Virus record (IMG/VR): IMGVR_UViG_3300048834_001011
Location: 1-56,829 of that record
Strand: one strand, 5' to 3'
Length of the DNA stretch: 56,829 nucleotides
Source of the DNA: a virus
Lineage: Duplodnaviria; Caudoviricetes
Shown: piece after piece, positions 37,300-46,473 of the stretch
Position numbering within the stretch: position 1 is the first letter of the stretch
Layout: each line of letters opens with the position of its first letter
Position numbers and translations under genes: made by a program
The notes under the pieces: model-generated
Seen by the model: only the letters and a program-made list of their open reading frames with translations
Database searches by the model: none
What the model was told of the DNA's origin: nothing

Positions 37300-37614
37300 T
37301 CAGGAATGGGTGATGAACTCGGCGGGATAGCGGGCATCGCCCGGTCTGGCCACGGTGCTTGCCCACAGGCCAGGGCCGAGCGGCTTCTTGATGCCCACAG
37401 GCGCGCCGTGGCGGTGCGGACGATTCGTGGCCTGCCAACCGTGGTGAGTACCGGATGGATCGGTGGATGTGGCGGTCATCACCGCAACGGCCTGTGCCAA
37501 ATCTGTTCGGGCCCAGGGCGAGTTGGTGTCCAGCGTCTGGACGGCATCGGGTTCTTGAAAGCACAGCGCCTTGCGCCAGACCGGATGCAAATGGGACAGA
37601 TTGGAATGGCTCAC
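37300..37614 (-). CDS. Hypothetical protein
   Basis: GTG 37614 after GGAGAA; co-oriented with and 24 bp upstream of the coiled-coil gene. Confidence 0.45.
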   Translation of the reverse strand: MSHSNLSHLHPVWRKALCFQEPDAVQTLDTNSPWARTDLAQAVAVMTATSTDPSGTHHGWQATNRPHRHGAPVGIKKPLGPGLWASTVARPGDARYPAEFITHS

Positions 37615-38002
37615 TGTGTTCTCCGTTGTGGGTTGAGGATGTGCAACGTGCACAAGAGAAATGGTGGCGAAACAGAGACGTTCTGACGATCTGGGCGTAG
37701 CGGGTTTGGGCGTGTTTTGGCGTGCGAGCGCTCCCTACAGCGCCCGTCAGCGCACTCGGACCTGCTGCGGATAGACGGTTTTGCGGCGATGCTTGAGGCC
37801 ATCTGTTGCGGATGTGCATCCGAAGCCATGAGCCACATAGAGCAATGCATGGGCGGTTTGTCCTTGGTTTCAACGATTCGGCCATTTCGGGTGTTTGCCG
37901 CCACGACAGGAACCACGAAAAATCTGTTGCAACGCTCGCCGCGCAGCCCCCACCGATGGAATGTGAGGGACGCCAAGGGCACAACGACCAGAAAGGAAGT
38001 CC

Positions 38003-38230
38003 ATGAACACCATCGAACATCCGGGCCTGCTCACACCACGCCAATTGGCGGCCCGCTGGGGCATGAGCGAAAAGACCCTCGAGCGCTGGCGCACGCTGGG
38101 CACGGGCCCGATGTACCTGAAGCTCGGCAGCCGCGTGATGTATCCGCTGACCTCCATCGCGGAACACGAGCAGGGCCGGATGCGCCGCTGCACGGCAGGC
38201 CAAGAACTGTCCCAGTTCCAACACTGCTGA
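38003..38230 (+). CDS. AlpA/excisionase-like HTH protein
   Basis: LLTPRQLAARWGMSEKTLERWRTLGTGP.YLKLGSRVMY; AAAGGA RBS. Confidence 0.88.
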   Translation: MNTIEHPGLLTPRQLAARWGMSEKTLERWRTLGTGPMYLKLGSRVMYPLTSIAEHEQGRMRRCTAGQELSQFQHC

Positions 38231-40368
38231 TGTCCTCGATGCAGACGGCCTCGGCGATCAGCACGACAGCGGTCGCGTATCCGTGGTTCGACTTCAACGA
38301 TGCGGTCGCCGTCGAGCCGCGCCTGGGGAAGGAGGACATCCGTGCCCGGCTGATCGAGCAACTGGAATCGGCGCTGGCCTACCTGCTGCCGCGCGGCAAG
38401 CGACGTGGCGCGCAATTTGTCGTCGGCAATGTGCAGGGTGATGCGGGCGACAGCCTTGTTGTCGATCTCGATGGCGCAAAGCGCGGCCTGTGGCTGGACT
38501 TCGCCACCGGCGAATCCGGTGATGCGCTCGCTCTGTGGGCCACCGTGTGCGGCTTCATCCTTCCCCAGCAGTTTGATGCGCTGCTGGAGGACATCGGTCA
38601 CTGGCTGGTGGTGCCGCGTGTCGTGGTGCCGATCACGGTGCCGTCGAGCGCGCCGCACGATGAGCTTGGCCCCGCCACCGCCAAGTGGGACTACCACGAT
38701 GCCAGCGGCGCGCTGCTGGCCTGCGTTTACCGCTATGACCCGCCTGGAGGCAAGCAGTACCGCCCGTGGGATGTGAAAACACGCTCGATGCGGATGCCGG
38801 AGCCGCGTCCGCTCTACAACCTACCTGCCATCGCCGCCAGCAACGATGTCGTACTGGTCGAGGGTGAAAAATGCGCCGATGCCTTGATGCACCTCGGCAT
38901 CACGGCCACCACCGCAATGGGCGGTGCGGCTACCGCCATCGCGAAGACCGACTGGATGCCACTGGCCGGGAAGACGGTCGTCATCTGGCCTGACCACGAC
39001 GAGGCCGGATCGCGCTACGCCGATGCCGTGATTACGAGGTTGCGGCAGATCGGTGCGAAGGTACGGCGCGTGACCGTGCCTCAGGACAAGCCCAAGAAGT
39101 GGGATGCCGCCGACGCGGTGGCCGAAGGCCTGGATGTGTCGGCGCTGCTGCGCTCGTCCGCGCCGGTCGCCGATGACCTCCAGCCTCTGGAGACCATCCA
39201 GATCTCGCAGTGGCGTGCGTTGGATCGCTTCACCGGCCACCCCCAAGCCCGGCGCTGGCTGGTCGAAGGCGTGTTTCCGCAGGCGCAGGCCGCGCTGGTG
39301 GCCGCAGCAGGCGGTGTCGGTAAATCCTTCCTGCTGCTGGCCTTGGCGCGCGAGGTCGCTGCCTTCGATGGCACCAAAGACCATGCACCGATGGTGTTCG
39401 GCAGTGCATTGGCAGGCCATGGCGTGGCGATTTACATCACCGCCGAGGACGATGCCATCGAGGTGCACAACCGCCTGAACGCCCTGGGCCCGATTCCTGA
39501 CCGGCTCTACGTGCTGCCGCTGCCCGATGCCGGTGGCGCGCAGCCGCTGTTTGCACCCGACCCGGCCACACGCGGCCCGGCCACGACGGCAGCCTGGCTC
39601 GAACTGGAACGGCAACTCCGAGCGATGGCCGGGCTGCGGCTGGTGGTGCTCGATCCCCTGCAACCGCTGTGCGCGCTCGATCTCAACGTGCCCGAGAACG
39701 CGCAGTTCGTCTGCTCACGCCTGGCTGCGCTGGCGGCCCGCACCGGCGCATCGGTGATCGTGTCGCACCACTTCGCCAAACGTGAGGCGACCACACCGGA
39801 GCAGGCGCGCGAGGCGATTCGCGGCACGGGCGGACTGGTGGACGGCGTGCGGTCGGTGTACGCGTTGTGGCAGCCCAAGGAGGAACAGGCCCGCAGGCTG
39901 TGCAAGACCTTGGGCGAGCCCTTCGAGCGCGGGCGCGTGGTGCTGGGTGGCGTGGTCAAGGCCAACGGGCAGGCCGACCTGCACGTCACGACCTTCCTGC
40001 GCGATGCGCGCGGGCTGCTGGTGGATCGCAACCAGGACCTTCGGCGCACGGCGCAGCCGGACATCGAACTGCTCCCTGCATTGAAGGCCGCCATCGCCCG
40101 TGCGGCTGCCGCAGGTCAGCCCTACACCAAGACCGGCGGCAACGGCATCTACGAGCGCCGCCACGAACTGCCGGAAGACTTCCAGCGCATCGGCAAGCAT
40201 CGGCTGACCGAATGGGTCAGCGCACTGCTTGACCGCGAGGAACTGGTGATGGCGATGGCAGAAGGCTCCAAGCTGGTGAAGTGGCTGGACGTGCCCAATG
40301 GGCCCGTCGCCAACGGCGCGGCGCAGTTCGTGACCGGGCACCTGGGGCGCTCGTCCGCTGGCCGATGA
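38230..40368 (+). CDS. TOPRIM primase - AAA_25/RepA-type helicase fusion
   Basis: WLDFATGESGD, LVEGEKCADA, IWPDHDEAG, KWDAAD; AAGGVGKS Walker A, VVLDPLQ, VSHH; TGATG overlap with the HTH gene. Confidence 0.9.
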   Translation: MSSMQTASAISTTAVAYPWFDFNDAVAVEPRLGKEDIRARLIEQLESALAYLLPRGKRRGAQFVVGNVQGDAGDSLVVDLDGAKRGLWLDFATGESGDALALWATVCGFILPQQFDALLEDIGHWLVVPRVVVPITVPSSAPHDELGPATAKWDYHDASGALLACVYRYDPPGGKQYRPWDVKTRSMRMPEPRPLYNLPAIAASNDVVLVEGEKCADALMHLGITATTAMGGAATAIAKTDWMPLAGKTVVIWPDHDEAGSRYADAVITRLRQIGAKVRRVTVPQDKPKKWDAADAVAEGLDVSALLRSSAPVADDLQPLETIQISQWRALDRFTGHPQARRWLVEGVFPQAQAALVAAAGGVGKSFLLLALAREVAAFDGTKDHAPMVFGSALAGHGVAIYITAEDDAIEVHNRLNALGPIPDRLYVLPLPDAGGAQPLFAPDPATRGPATTAAWLELERQLRAMAGLRLVVLDPLQPLCALDLNVPENAQFVCSRLAALAARTGASVIVSHHFAKREATTPEQAREAIRGTGGLVDGVRSVYALWQPKEEQARRLCKTLGEPFERGRVVLGGVVKANGQADLHVTTFLRDARGLLVDRNQDLRRTAQPDIELLPALKAAIARAAAAGQPYTKTGGNGIYERRHELPEDFQRIGKHRLTEWVSALLDREELVMAMAEGSKLVKWLDVPNGPVANGAAQFVTGHLGRSSAGR

Positions 40369-40425
40369 TGAGCATCGAGGGAGGTGAGCATTCCCGATGC
40401 TCACCCTCTCTTTAGAGAGTATTCA

Positions 40426-40610
40426 CCGGGAACTGGGAATGATTTGTAGATCGTTGATCTGCAAAGGAAATCGCTGAAACAATCGTTCCCACTTCACCCC
40501 TGGGAACGATTCGACCCGGAAACGATTTTTGTCCGCGCCCGCACTGGATTTAATCGTTCCCACTCGGTCAATCGTTCCCAGCCGGGAACTGGGAAGCCGG
40601 GAACGATTGG
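40426..40610. repeat. Iteron-like repeats, putative replication origin
   Basis: AATCGTTCCC/GGGAACGATT at ~40481, 40502, 40552, 40570, 40598 in both orientations; CCGGGAACTGGGAA twice; directly after the primase. Confidence 0.65.
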
Positions 40611-40708
40611 CACGGCATGGCGGATCATTGACCGTGAGGGTGGTGACGATGGTGACGGTCACCGCCTATTGTTATGGTCGGCGCACGCAACCACGCCCCA
40701 GGCGAAAG

Positions 40709-40808
40709 GGGTCCTTCCTGGCGATATTCCAATACGGGGGGCGCGAGCGCTGCATCTCGCCACCGACAGGCCACGAAACCAGGTTACCGCCCGAGGTTAC
40801 CGGTTACC
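40709..40808 (+). other. cos-like packaging site 1 (cosQ-cosN-repeats)
   Basis: GGGTCCT (identical to lambda cosQ), N16, ATACGG-GGGGCGCGAGCG-CTGCAT, then GGTTACC x3. Confidence 0.65.
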
Positions 40809-40821
40809 ACCCGCCGACGAT

Positions 40822-40936
40822 GCAAACCGTGGCCATCGGTGCAAACCGCAAACCCCTGCAAACCTTGTTTTGGGTTCGCACGGTAGCGAAGCGTGGCGCT
40901 CACGCCTCCCGTATGGATCACGCTGAAGAAGGACCC
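40822..40936 (-). other. cos-like packaging site 2, inverted
   Basis: Minus strand: GGGTCCT, N15, ATACGG-GAGGCGTGAGCG-CCACGC, then GGTTTGC x4. Confidence 0.65.
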
Positions 40937-41285
40937 ATTTTGCCTCGGGGATGGCCGTCACGCGACCGGCAAAACGGTGATCGGCGCAAACGCAGCAACG
41001 GCGCAGGCCTCCGGCCATTTCAATGCCCGATGGCGTCCAATCGGTGAGCGTGGGGGAGTGCTGGCGCAGGGGGAGGCGCTTTGGTGCCGGTCGCGCGCCG
41101 GAAAACGGCCGACGAGAGAAACCCAACACTGGCGCGGGTTTGGCGCGGCTTCGCCGCCTGAAACAGGCAAATCGGCTGACGTGTCGGAGGCGCGATCCCA
41201 AGGGTGTGAGCCGCGCTCACAACCCTGCGCCAGCGCCGAAGGGTATCCAGATACTGGACACCCCGGTGGCGCAATCAGCAGATGG

Positions 41286-41651
41286 TCAGGCCGCTTCCTG
41301 TTCCTCGACGAGGCCGCAGTGAATCACGAAGCCTGTCAGGTAAGGCAGGCCGCGCGGGATGCCGTACTGCTTGCTGGTCTGGCGTCCAATCGTCCAGCCC
41401 ATCCACTTCTGCGTGGCGGCGATGATGGCCTGCGGCAGCGCGCGGCCGTCGTAGATAGCGTTGTGGACGTCGTCCGCGAAGTGGCGTCCGTGGCGGCTGT
41501 CGAGGAAGGCCCGGATGTTGTCGAAGTCTTCGCCCGTGGCGTCGGCGATGGCGGTCATGGCCAGCGGCCAGGCAGTGGCGGCGTGTTCGTTCATCGCGCC
41601 CCAGAAGCCCCGCGTTTCGTTGTGGGTGGCCGGGATGGTGATGTTGCTCAT
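41286..41651 (-). CDS. Phage-type hypothetical protein
   Basis: GFWG...IRAFLDSRHGRHFADDV...YGIPRGLPYLTGFV; GGAG RBS; next to DUF3489. Confidence 0.75.
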   Translation of the reverse strand: MSNITIPATHNETRGFWGAMNEHAATAWPLAMTAIADATGEDFDNIRAFLDSRHGRHFADDVHNAIYDGRALPQAIIAATQKWMGWTIGRQTSKQYGIPRGLPYLTGFVIHCGLVEEQEAA

Positions 41652-41738
41652 GGTGTTCTCCGTGATGGCGATGATTGAAGTAACGCGCTGACGGAGACGG
41701 AAGCCAAGCCATTTCTGGCTCCCGGCTCCATATTCACT

Positions 41739-42293
41739 TCACGCCACGCGGTAGATGCGCTTGCCGCCGGGCTGCTTGTCGGACACCAGCGTCAGGCCCA
41801 GTTTCTTCTTGAACGCCCCGGCGAATGCGCCGCGTACCGTGTGCGCCTGCCAGCCAGTGGCATCGCAAATCTGGCGGACGGTCGCGCCTTCAGGCCGTTG
41901 CAGCATCCGCACCACCTCGGCCTGCTTGCTGTGCGCCCGCGTGCGCGGTTTGGCGCACGTCGCTTCGGCCGCGGCAACGGCGTCTTCCAGTTCCGCATCG
42001 TTCGGCGCGCCTTCGGCATTGGCGATGATCTGGCCGAGCTTGGCCTCGAACTGACCAATGCGCTTCTTGCCGATGCCGGGGCTCGGGACGCCAAGCGCGT
42101 CATAGCCTGCGGCATTGACCCTCCACAGCGTGCCAAGCTGCCCGATGAGTCCGCGGTTGGCAAGGCCTGCCAGCACCTTCTGGCGCGCGCCGCCGTGGAT
42201 GTTGGACGGGAACCATTCGACGCGTCCATCGGCGTGGTCGAGGGCGTGGGCGAGGATGGCGCGCTGGGTCGGGGTCAATGGGGCTGCTGTCAT
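41739..42293 (-). CDS. DUF3489 family protein
   Basis: SKQAEVVRMLQRPEGATVRQICDATGWQAHTVRGAFAGAFKKKLGL; AAGGAG RBS. Confidence 0.88.
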   Translation of the reverse strand: MTAAPLTPTQRAILAHALDHADGRVEWFPSNIHGGARQKVLAGLANRGLIGQLGTLWRVNAAGYDALGVPSPGIGKKRIGQFEAKLGQIIANAEGAPNDAELEDAVAAAEATCAKPRTRAHSKQAEVVRMLQRPEGATVRQICDATGWQAHTVRGAFAGAFKKKLGLTLVSDKQPGGKRIYRVA

Positions 42294-42454
42294 CGAGTGC
42301 TCCTTCAAGGATGGTGATGTGGGGCTCGATGAACGCGCTGTTTGGCCCGAAAGCCAAGCGTTTCATGGCTGGCGCAGAGATTCCCTGTTAGATTGGAGTC
42401 TTTGCGATTGAATGCGACTTTGTGCCATCCAATTGCCTACAACTGGAGCATGCC

Positions 42455-42664
42455 GTGACCGAGCCTTGGGTATCCGTCGAACAGATCGCCGAACACTTGG
42501 GCGTCAAACGCGATTCCATCTACCGCTGGATCGACCGCAAGCACCTGCCCGCGCACCGCGTGGGACGCTTGTGGAAGTTCAAGGTGACTGAGGTTGACGA
42601 CTGGGTGCGCGCCGGTGGTGCGGATGACGCCACTGGCAATGAGGCACCCACTGCAGCGCCTTGA
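42455..42664 (+). CDS. Excisionase-family HTH regulator heading the RM operon
   Basis: WVSVEQIAEHLGVKRDSIYRWI...LPAHRVGRLWKFKVTEVDDWV; GGAG RBS before GTG. Confidence 0.85.
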   Translation: MTEPWVSVEQIAEHLGVKRDSIYRWIDRKHLPAHRVGRLWKFKVTEVDDWVRAGGADDATGNEAPTAAP

Positions 42665-42699
42665 TGGCTGACTAGAGCAAAGTACAGGACACGAAATTA

Positions 42700-45600
42700 A
42701 TGCTGACTCAAGACAATCTCTCGGACTTGCTGGTTGCCCTCGGTTTCGAAAGGAAAGGCGCGATTCATCGCAAGGAATTCGGCGCAGCCGTGCTGGAGGT
42801 GAACGTCACCAAGAAGGAGATCACCTACCCCGAAGCAGCGGGATTGGTCATCAATGAGCGCCAAACCTGCAACTTCGAAGCCAACGAAAATTTCGTCGTG
42901 CTGGAATGCGTGTGCCGTCTCCTGGAAAAGGGATACAAGCCAGAGCACATCGAGCTGGAACCCAAGTGGAAGTTGGGGCGCGGTGCCAGCGGCGGGCGTG
43001 CCGACATCCTGATCAAGGACAACGATGGCCGCCCATTGCTGATCATCGAATGCAAAACGGCGGGCGGCGAGTTCAAGCGCGCATGGAACAAGACCCTGCA
43101 AGACGGCGACCAACTATTCAGCTACGCACAGCAAATCAGCGAAACCCAGTTCCTGTGCCTGTACACCTCGGACTTGGATGCAGGCACGGTCAGCTACACC
43201 AGCCACATCATCGCGCACCGCGACAACGAGAGGTATCTGGCTGACAACCCGCTGTTCAAGAGCTTCAAGTCAGTCACTGACGTCAAAGAACGCCATGCTG
43301 TCTGGCGGGACACCTACAAGCTCGACTACACCACCAAGGGCATTTTTGAAGAAAACATTCAGCCCTATCACATCGGCAAAGACAAATATTCGCTGGCCGA
43401 CCTGCACGCCATTTCGGCCAGCGATCAGCAGAAGAAATACCACGAGTTCGCCACCATCCTGCGCCAGCACAATGTGTCGGGCCGTGAAAACGCCTTCGAC
43501 AAGCTGGTTAATCTGTTTCTGTGCAAGCTGGTGGATGAAATTGAAAATCCATCCGACCTGAAGGTTTACTGGAAGGGTGTGGCCTACGACACCCATTTCG
43601 ATCTGATGGATCGCCTGCAGCAGTTGTATCAGGCAGGCATGGGCAAGTTTCTCGGGGAAGACATCACCTACATCAACCAGGGTGACGTCAACAACGCGCT
43701 ACGCTTCATCAAGCAGAACCCGGATGCCACGCAGCGTGCGGTGTGGAATCTGTTCATTCAGCAGAAGTTTTTTACCAACAACGATTTCTCGCTGATCGAT
43801 GTTCACAACGAAAAGCTGTTTTATCAAAACGCCGAGGTGCTGCTGAAAATCCTGCAGATGTGGCAAGACATTCGGCTGACCGATCCCCACGGCCACAACC
43901 AGTTTCTCGGCGATATGTTCGAGGGCTTTCTTGACCAAGGTGTCAAGCAGAGCGAAGGGCAGTTCTTCACGCCCATGCCCATCTGCCGCTTCATCATGAT
44001 GAGCCTGCCGCTGGCCACGCTCGTCCAGCGCAGCGCCACTCCGCCCAAGGCCATCGACTACGCCTGCGGCGCAGGCCACTTTCTCACCGAGCTGGCCTTG
44101 CAGCTCAAGCCATTGGTGGAAACGCACCAGCCAGCAGCAGACCTTGCGGCGTATCACAAGGCCTTGTATGGCATCGAGAAAGAGTACCGCCTTTCCAAGG
44201 TCGCCAAGGTGTCGGCCTTCATGTATGGACAGCAGGGGATCAACATCTGCTACGGCGACGGCCTGATCAACCAGCACGAGGCATTTCCGGACATCAAGGA
44301 CGGAAGTTTTGACCTGCTGGTCGCCAACCCGCCTTATAGCGTGCGCGGCTTTCTGGAGACGCTGCCCGAGGAAGAACGCAAGGCTTACACCCTCACCGAG
44401 ACCATCAACGATCTCGAAACCTCCAACAGCATCGAAACCTTTTTCATCGAACGCGCCAAGCAGCTGCTGCGCGCCGACGGCGTTGCCGCGATCATCCTGC
44501 CGTCCAGCATCCTGTCCAACGGCGGCAGCGCCTACATTCGCACCCGTGAAATCCTGATCCAGTATTTCGACATCGTCGCCATTGCTGAATTCGGCAGCGG
44601 CACCTTCGGCAAAACGGGCACCAACACCGTCACCCTGTTCCTGCGGCGCAAGAAGACCGCGCCGGACACCGCTGCGCATTACCGCGAGCGCGTAGAGGAA
44701 TGGTTCAAGGGCTGCGATGCCAGCAAGCGCAAGCAGGTCATCTACAAGGATGAGCATTTGATCGCCCGCTACGCGGCGCACATCAATGTGCCGCTGGACG
44801 ATTACAAGACCCTGCTCAAGGCCGATCCGGATGGGGCCTGGACCGCCCATCTGGAGGCCGTCTACCTCGAGAAATTCAACACCAGCACCGAGATCACCAA
44901 TCTCTACAAGGCCAAATGGTTCAAGGCCTTGAAGCCTGAAGATCAAGATGCCGAAGTCAACAAGCGCTATCTAGCCTTTGTGCAAGCCATTGAGCGTGAC
45001 AAGCTTTACCACTTCGTCATGGCCTGCGACCAGCCCAACCCGGTGCTGATCATTCGCAGCCCTACCGAAACCAAGGCCATCAAGCAGTTCCTCGGCTACG
45101 ACTGGAGTTCCGCCAAGGGCGATGAGGGCATCAAGCTCATCAAGGATGCCCACGGGCGGCACCTCACGCCGTTGTATGACGAAACCAATCGAGATAACAC
45201 CGGGAAGCTCAATTTCAGCATTGCGGCGAATTTCAATGGCACGCTGGCGGCAGTCCCAGCGGCATTGCAAGACGTGGCACGCAAAGCCCCGCTGGTGGAT
45301 ATGTTGGACTTTTCGCGTGCCATCTTTGAAAAGCAGCTCAACTTGGCGATCAAAGGTGGCGTAAAGGTCGTATCCAAGTGGCCTATCGCACCACTGAATA
45401 GCTTGGCCGACATACGAAAAGGAACTTCAATCACCCAGAAGAAAGCTGTGCCGGGGGCCTATAAAGTTGTCGCGGGAGGGATGACTCATGCCTACACGCA
45501 CAATGTATTCAATCGGGCAGCCAACACTATCACCGTCAGCGCCTCAGGTGCCAGTGCTGGCTATGTGGCCTTCTGGCGGGAGCCAATTTTTGCATCCGAC

Positions 45601-46461
45601 TGTACGACGGTGCGTGGAGCTGATGATGAGCATACGGAATACCTCTACCATTTTCTGAAAAGTCGGCAGAGTGAAATTCAGGCGACTTCAAGTGGTGCAG
45701 CGCAGCCTCATGTTTATCCAAAGGATCTTGAGGCCCTACAGATTCCACAGCCTGACCCGACCACACTGAAGAACATTGTTTCTGAGTGCAGATCGATCGA
45801 GGATCAAGTCAACTCTTCGCGCGACACGTTTCAGAATGCCTTGGCCCGCATTGACGCGAAAGTCGCCAACATTTATGGGTCTTCAGCTGCACATTCAGAA
45901 ATCGACAAACTCGCCATCGACATTCAGTACGGCCTGAACGAAGCCATGAATGAGGGTGGTGTTGGCTACAAGATCTTCCGTATGAACGAGATCATCCGAG
46001 GCCAAATGGTGGACAACGGCAGCATGAAGTGCGCTGATATCAGTGCCGAGGAGTTTGCCAAGTACAAGCTCAACAAGGGCGACTTACTTTTCAATCGCAC
46101 CAATAGCATCGAGCACGTCGGCAAGACCGGACTGTTCGATCTGGATGGCGAGTACTGTTTTGCGTCCTACCTCGTGCGCGTGGTGCCCGACACAGGGCAG
46201 GTATTGCCGAAATTCCTTGAAAAGATGATGAATTCAGCGGCCTTCCAAACAGAAGCGAAAGGCAAGGCCTCCAAGTCCATCAATCAGGCCAATATCAACG
46301 CGACGATCATGCGCAATATCAAGGTGCCCGTGCCGTCCCTGCCCGAACAGAAAAAGTTTGTCGCCGGCGTCGAAGCCCTGGAGAAACAGATTGCCGAAGC
46401 CCAGGCGGTGATCGATGGCGCAGCCGCCCGTAAGCAGGCCATCCTGCAGAAGTATCTGTAA
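42700..46461 (+). CDS. Single-chain restriction-modification enzyme (nuclease + N6-MTase + two HsdS-type TRDs; Type IIG/IIB-like)
   Basis: RADILIK...IIECK PD-(D/E)xK; GQFFTP, DYACGAGHFL, ANPPY; two TRD repeats ending SGAAQPHV and SINQANIN. Confidence 0.9.
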   Translation: MLTQDNLSDLLVALGFERKGAIHRKEFGAAVLEVNVTKKEITYPEAAGLVINERQTCNFEANENFVVLECVCRLLEKGYKPEHIELEPKWKLGRGASGGRADILIKDNDGRPLLIIECKTAGGEFKRAWNKTLQDGDQLFSYAQQISETQFLCLYTSDLDAGTVSYTSHIIAHRDNERYLADNPLFKSFKSVTDVKERHAVWRDTYKLDYTTKGIFEENIQPYHIGKDKYSLADLHAISASDQQKKYHEFATILRQHNVSGRENAFDKLVNLFLCKLVDEIENPSDLKVYWKGVAYDTHFDLMDRLQQLYQAGMGKFLGEDITYINQGDVNNALRFIKQNPDATQRAVWNLFIQQKFFTNNDFSLIDVHNEKLFYQNAEVLLKILQMWQDIRLTDPHGHNQFLGDMFEGFLDQGVKQSEGQFFTPMPICRFIMMSLPLATLVQRSATPPKAIDYACGAGHFLTELALQLKPLVETHQPAADLAAYHKALYGIEKEYRLSKVAKVSAFMYGQQGINICYGDGLINQHEAFPDIKDGSFDLLVANPPYSVRGFLETLPEEERKAYTLTETINDLETSNSIETFFIERAKQLLRADGVAAIILPSSILSNGGSAYIRTREILIQYFDIVAIAEFGSGTFGKTGTNTVTLFLRRKKTAPDTAAHYRERVEEWFKGCDASKRKQVIYKDEHLIARYAAHINVPLDDYKTLLKADPDGAWTAHLEAVYLEKFNTSTEITNLYKAKWFKALKPEDQDAEVNKRYLAFVQAIERDKLYHFVMACDQPNPVLIIRSPTETKAIKQFLGYDWSSAKGDEGIKLIKDAHGRHLTPLYDETNRDNTGKLNFSIAANFNGTLAAVPAALQDVARKAPLVDMLDFSRAIFEKQLNLAIKGGVKVVSKWPIAPLNSLADIRKGTSITQKKAVPGAYKVVAGGMTHAYTHNVFNRAANTITVSASGASAGYVAFWREPIFASDCTTVRGADDEHTEYLYHFLKSRQSEIQATSSGAAQPHVYPKDLEALQIPQPDPTTLKNIVSECRSIEDQVNSSRDTFQNALARIDAKVANIYGSSAAHSEIDKLAIDIQYGLNEAMNEGGVGYKIFRMNEIIRGQMVDNGSMKCADISAEEFAKYKLNKGDLLFNRTNSIEHVGKTGLFDLDGEYCFASYLVRVVPDTGQVLPKFLEKMMNSAAFQTEAKGKASKSINQANINATIMRNIKVPVPSLPEQKKFVAGVEALEKQIAEAQAVIDGAAARKQAILQKYL

Positions 46462-46473
46462 GGAGCGGTGACG

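Noticed and set aside
37717-38229. N-terminal extension of the primase (883 aa ORF)
   Set aside because: Overlaps the AlpA gene and does not look protein-like; the TGATG-coupled ATG at 38230 is preferred.
40426-40870. CRISPR array
   Set aside because: Repeats are 7-14 bp, irregularly spaced and in both orientations; no cas genes.
41241-41263. Palindrome GGGTATCCAG-ATA-CTGGACACCC as a third packaging site
   Set aside because: No cosQ/cosN-like sequence nearby; more simply a hairpin downstream of the 41286-41651 gene.
40529-41322. Small terminase or HNH gene beside the cos sites
   Set aside because: ORFs here are low-complexity translations of repeats with no HTH or HNH motif; the region is treated as non-coding.
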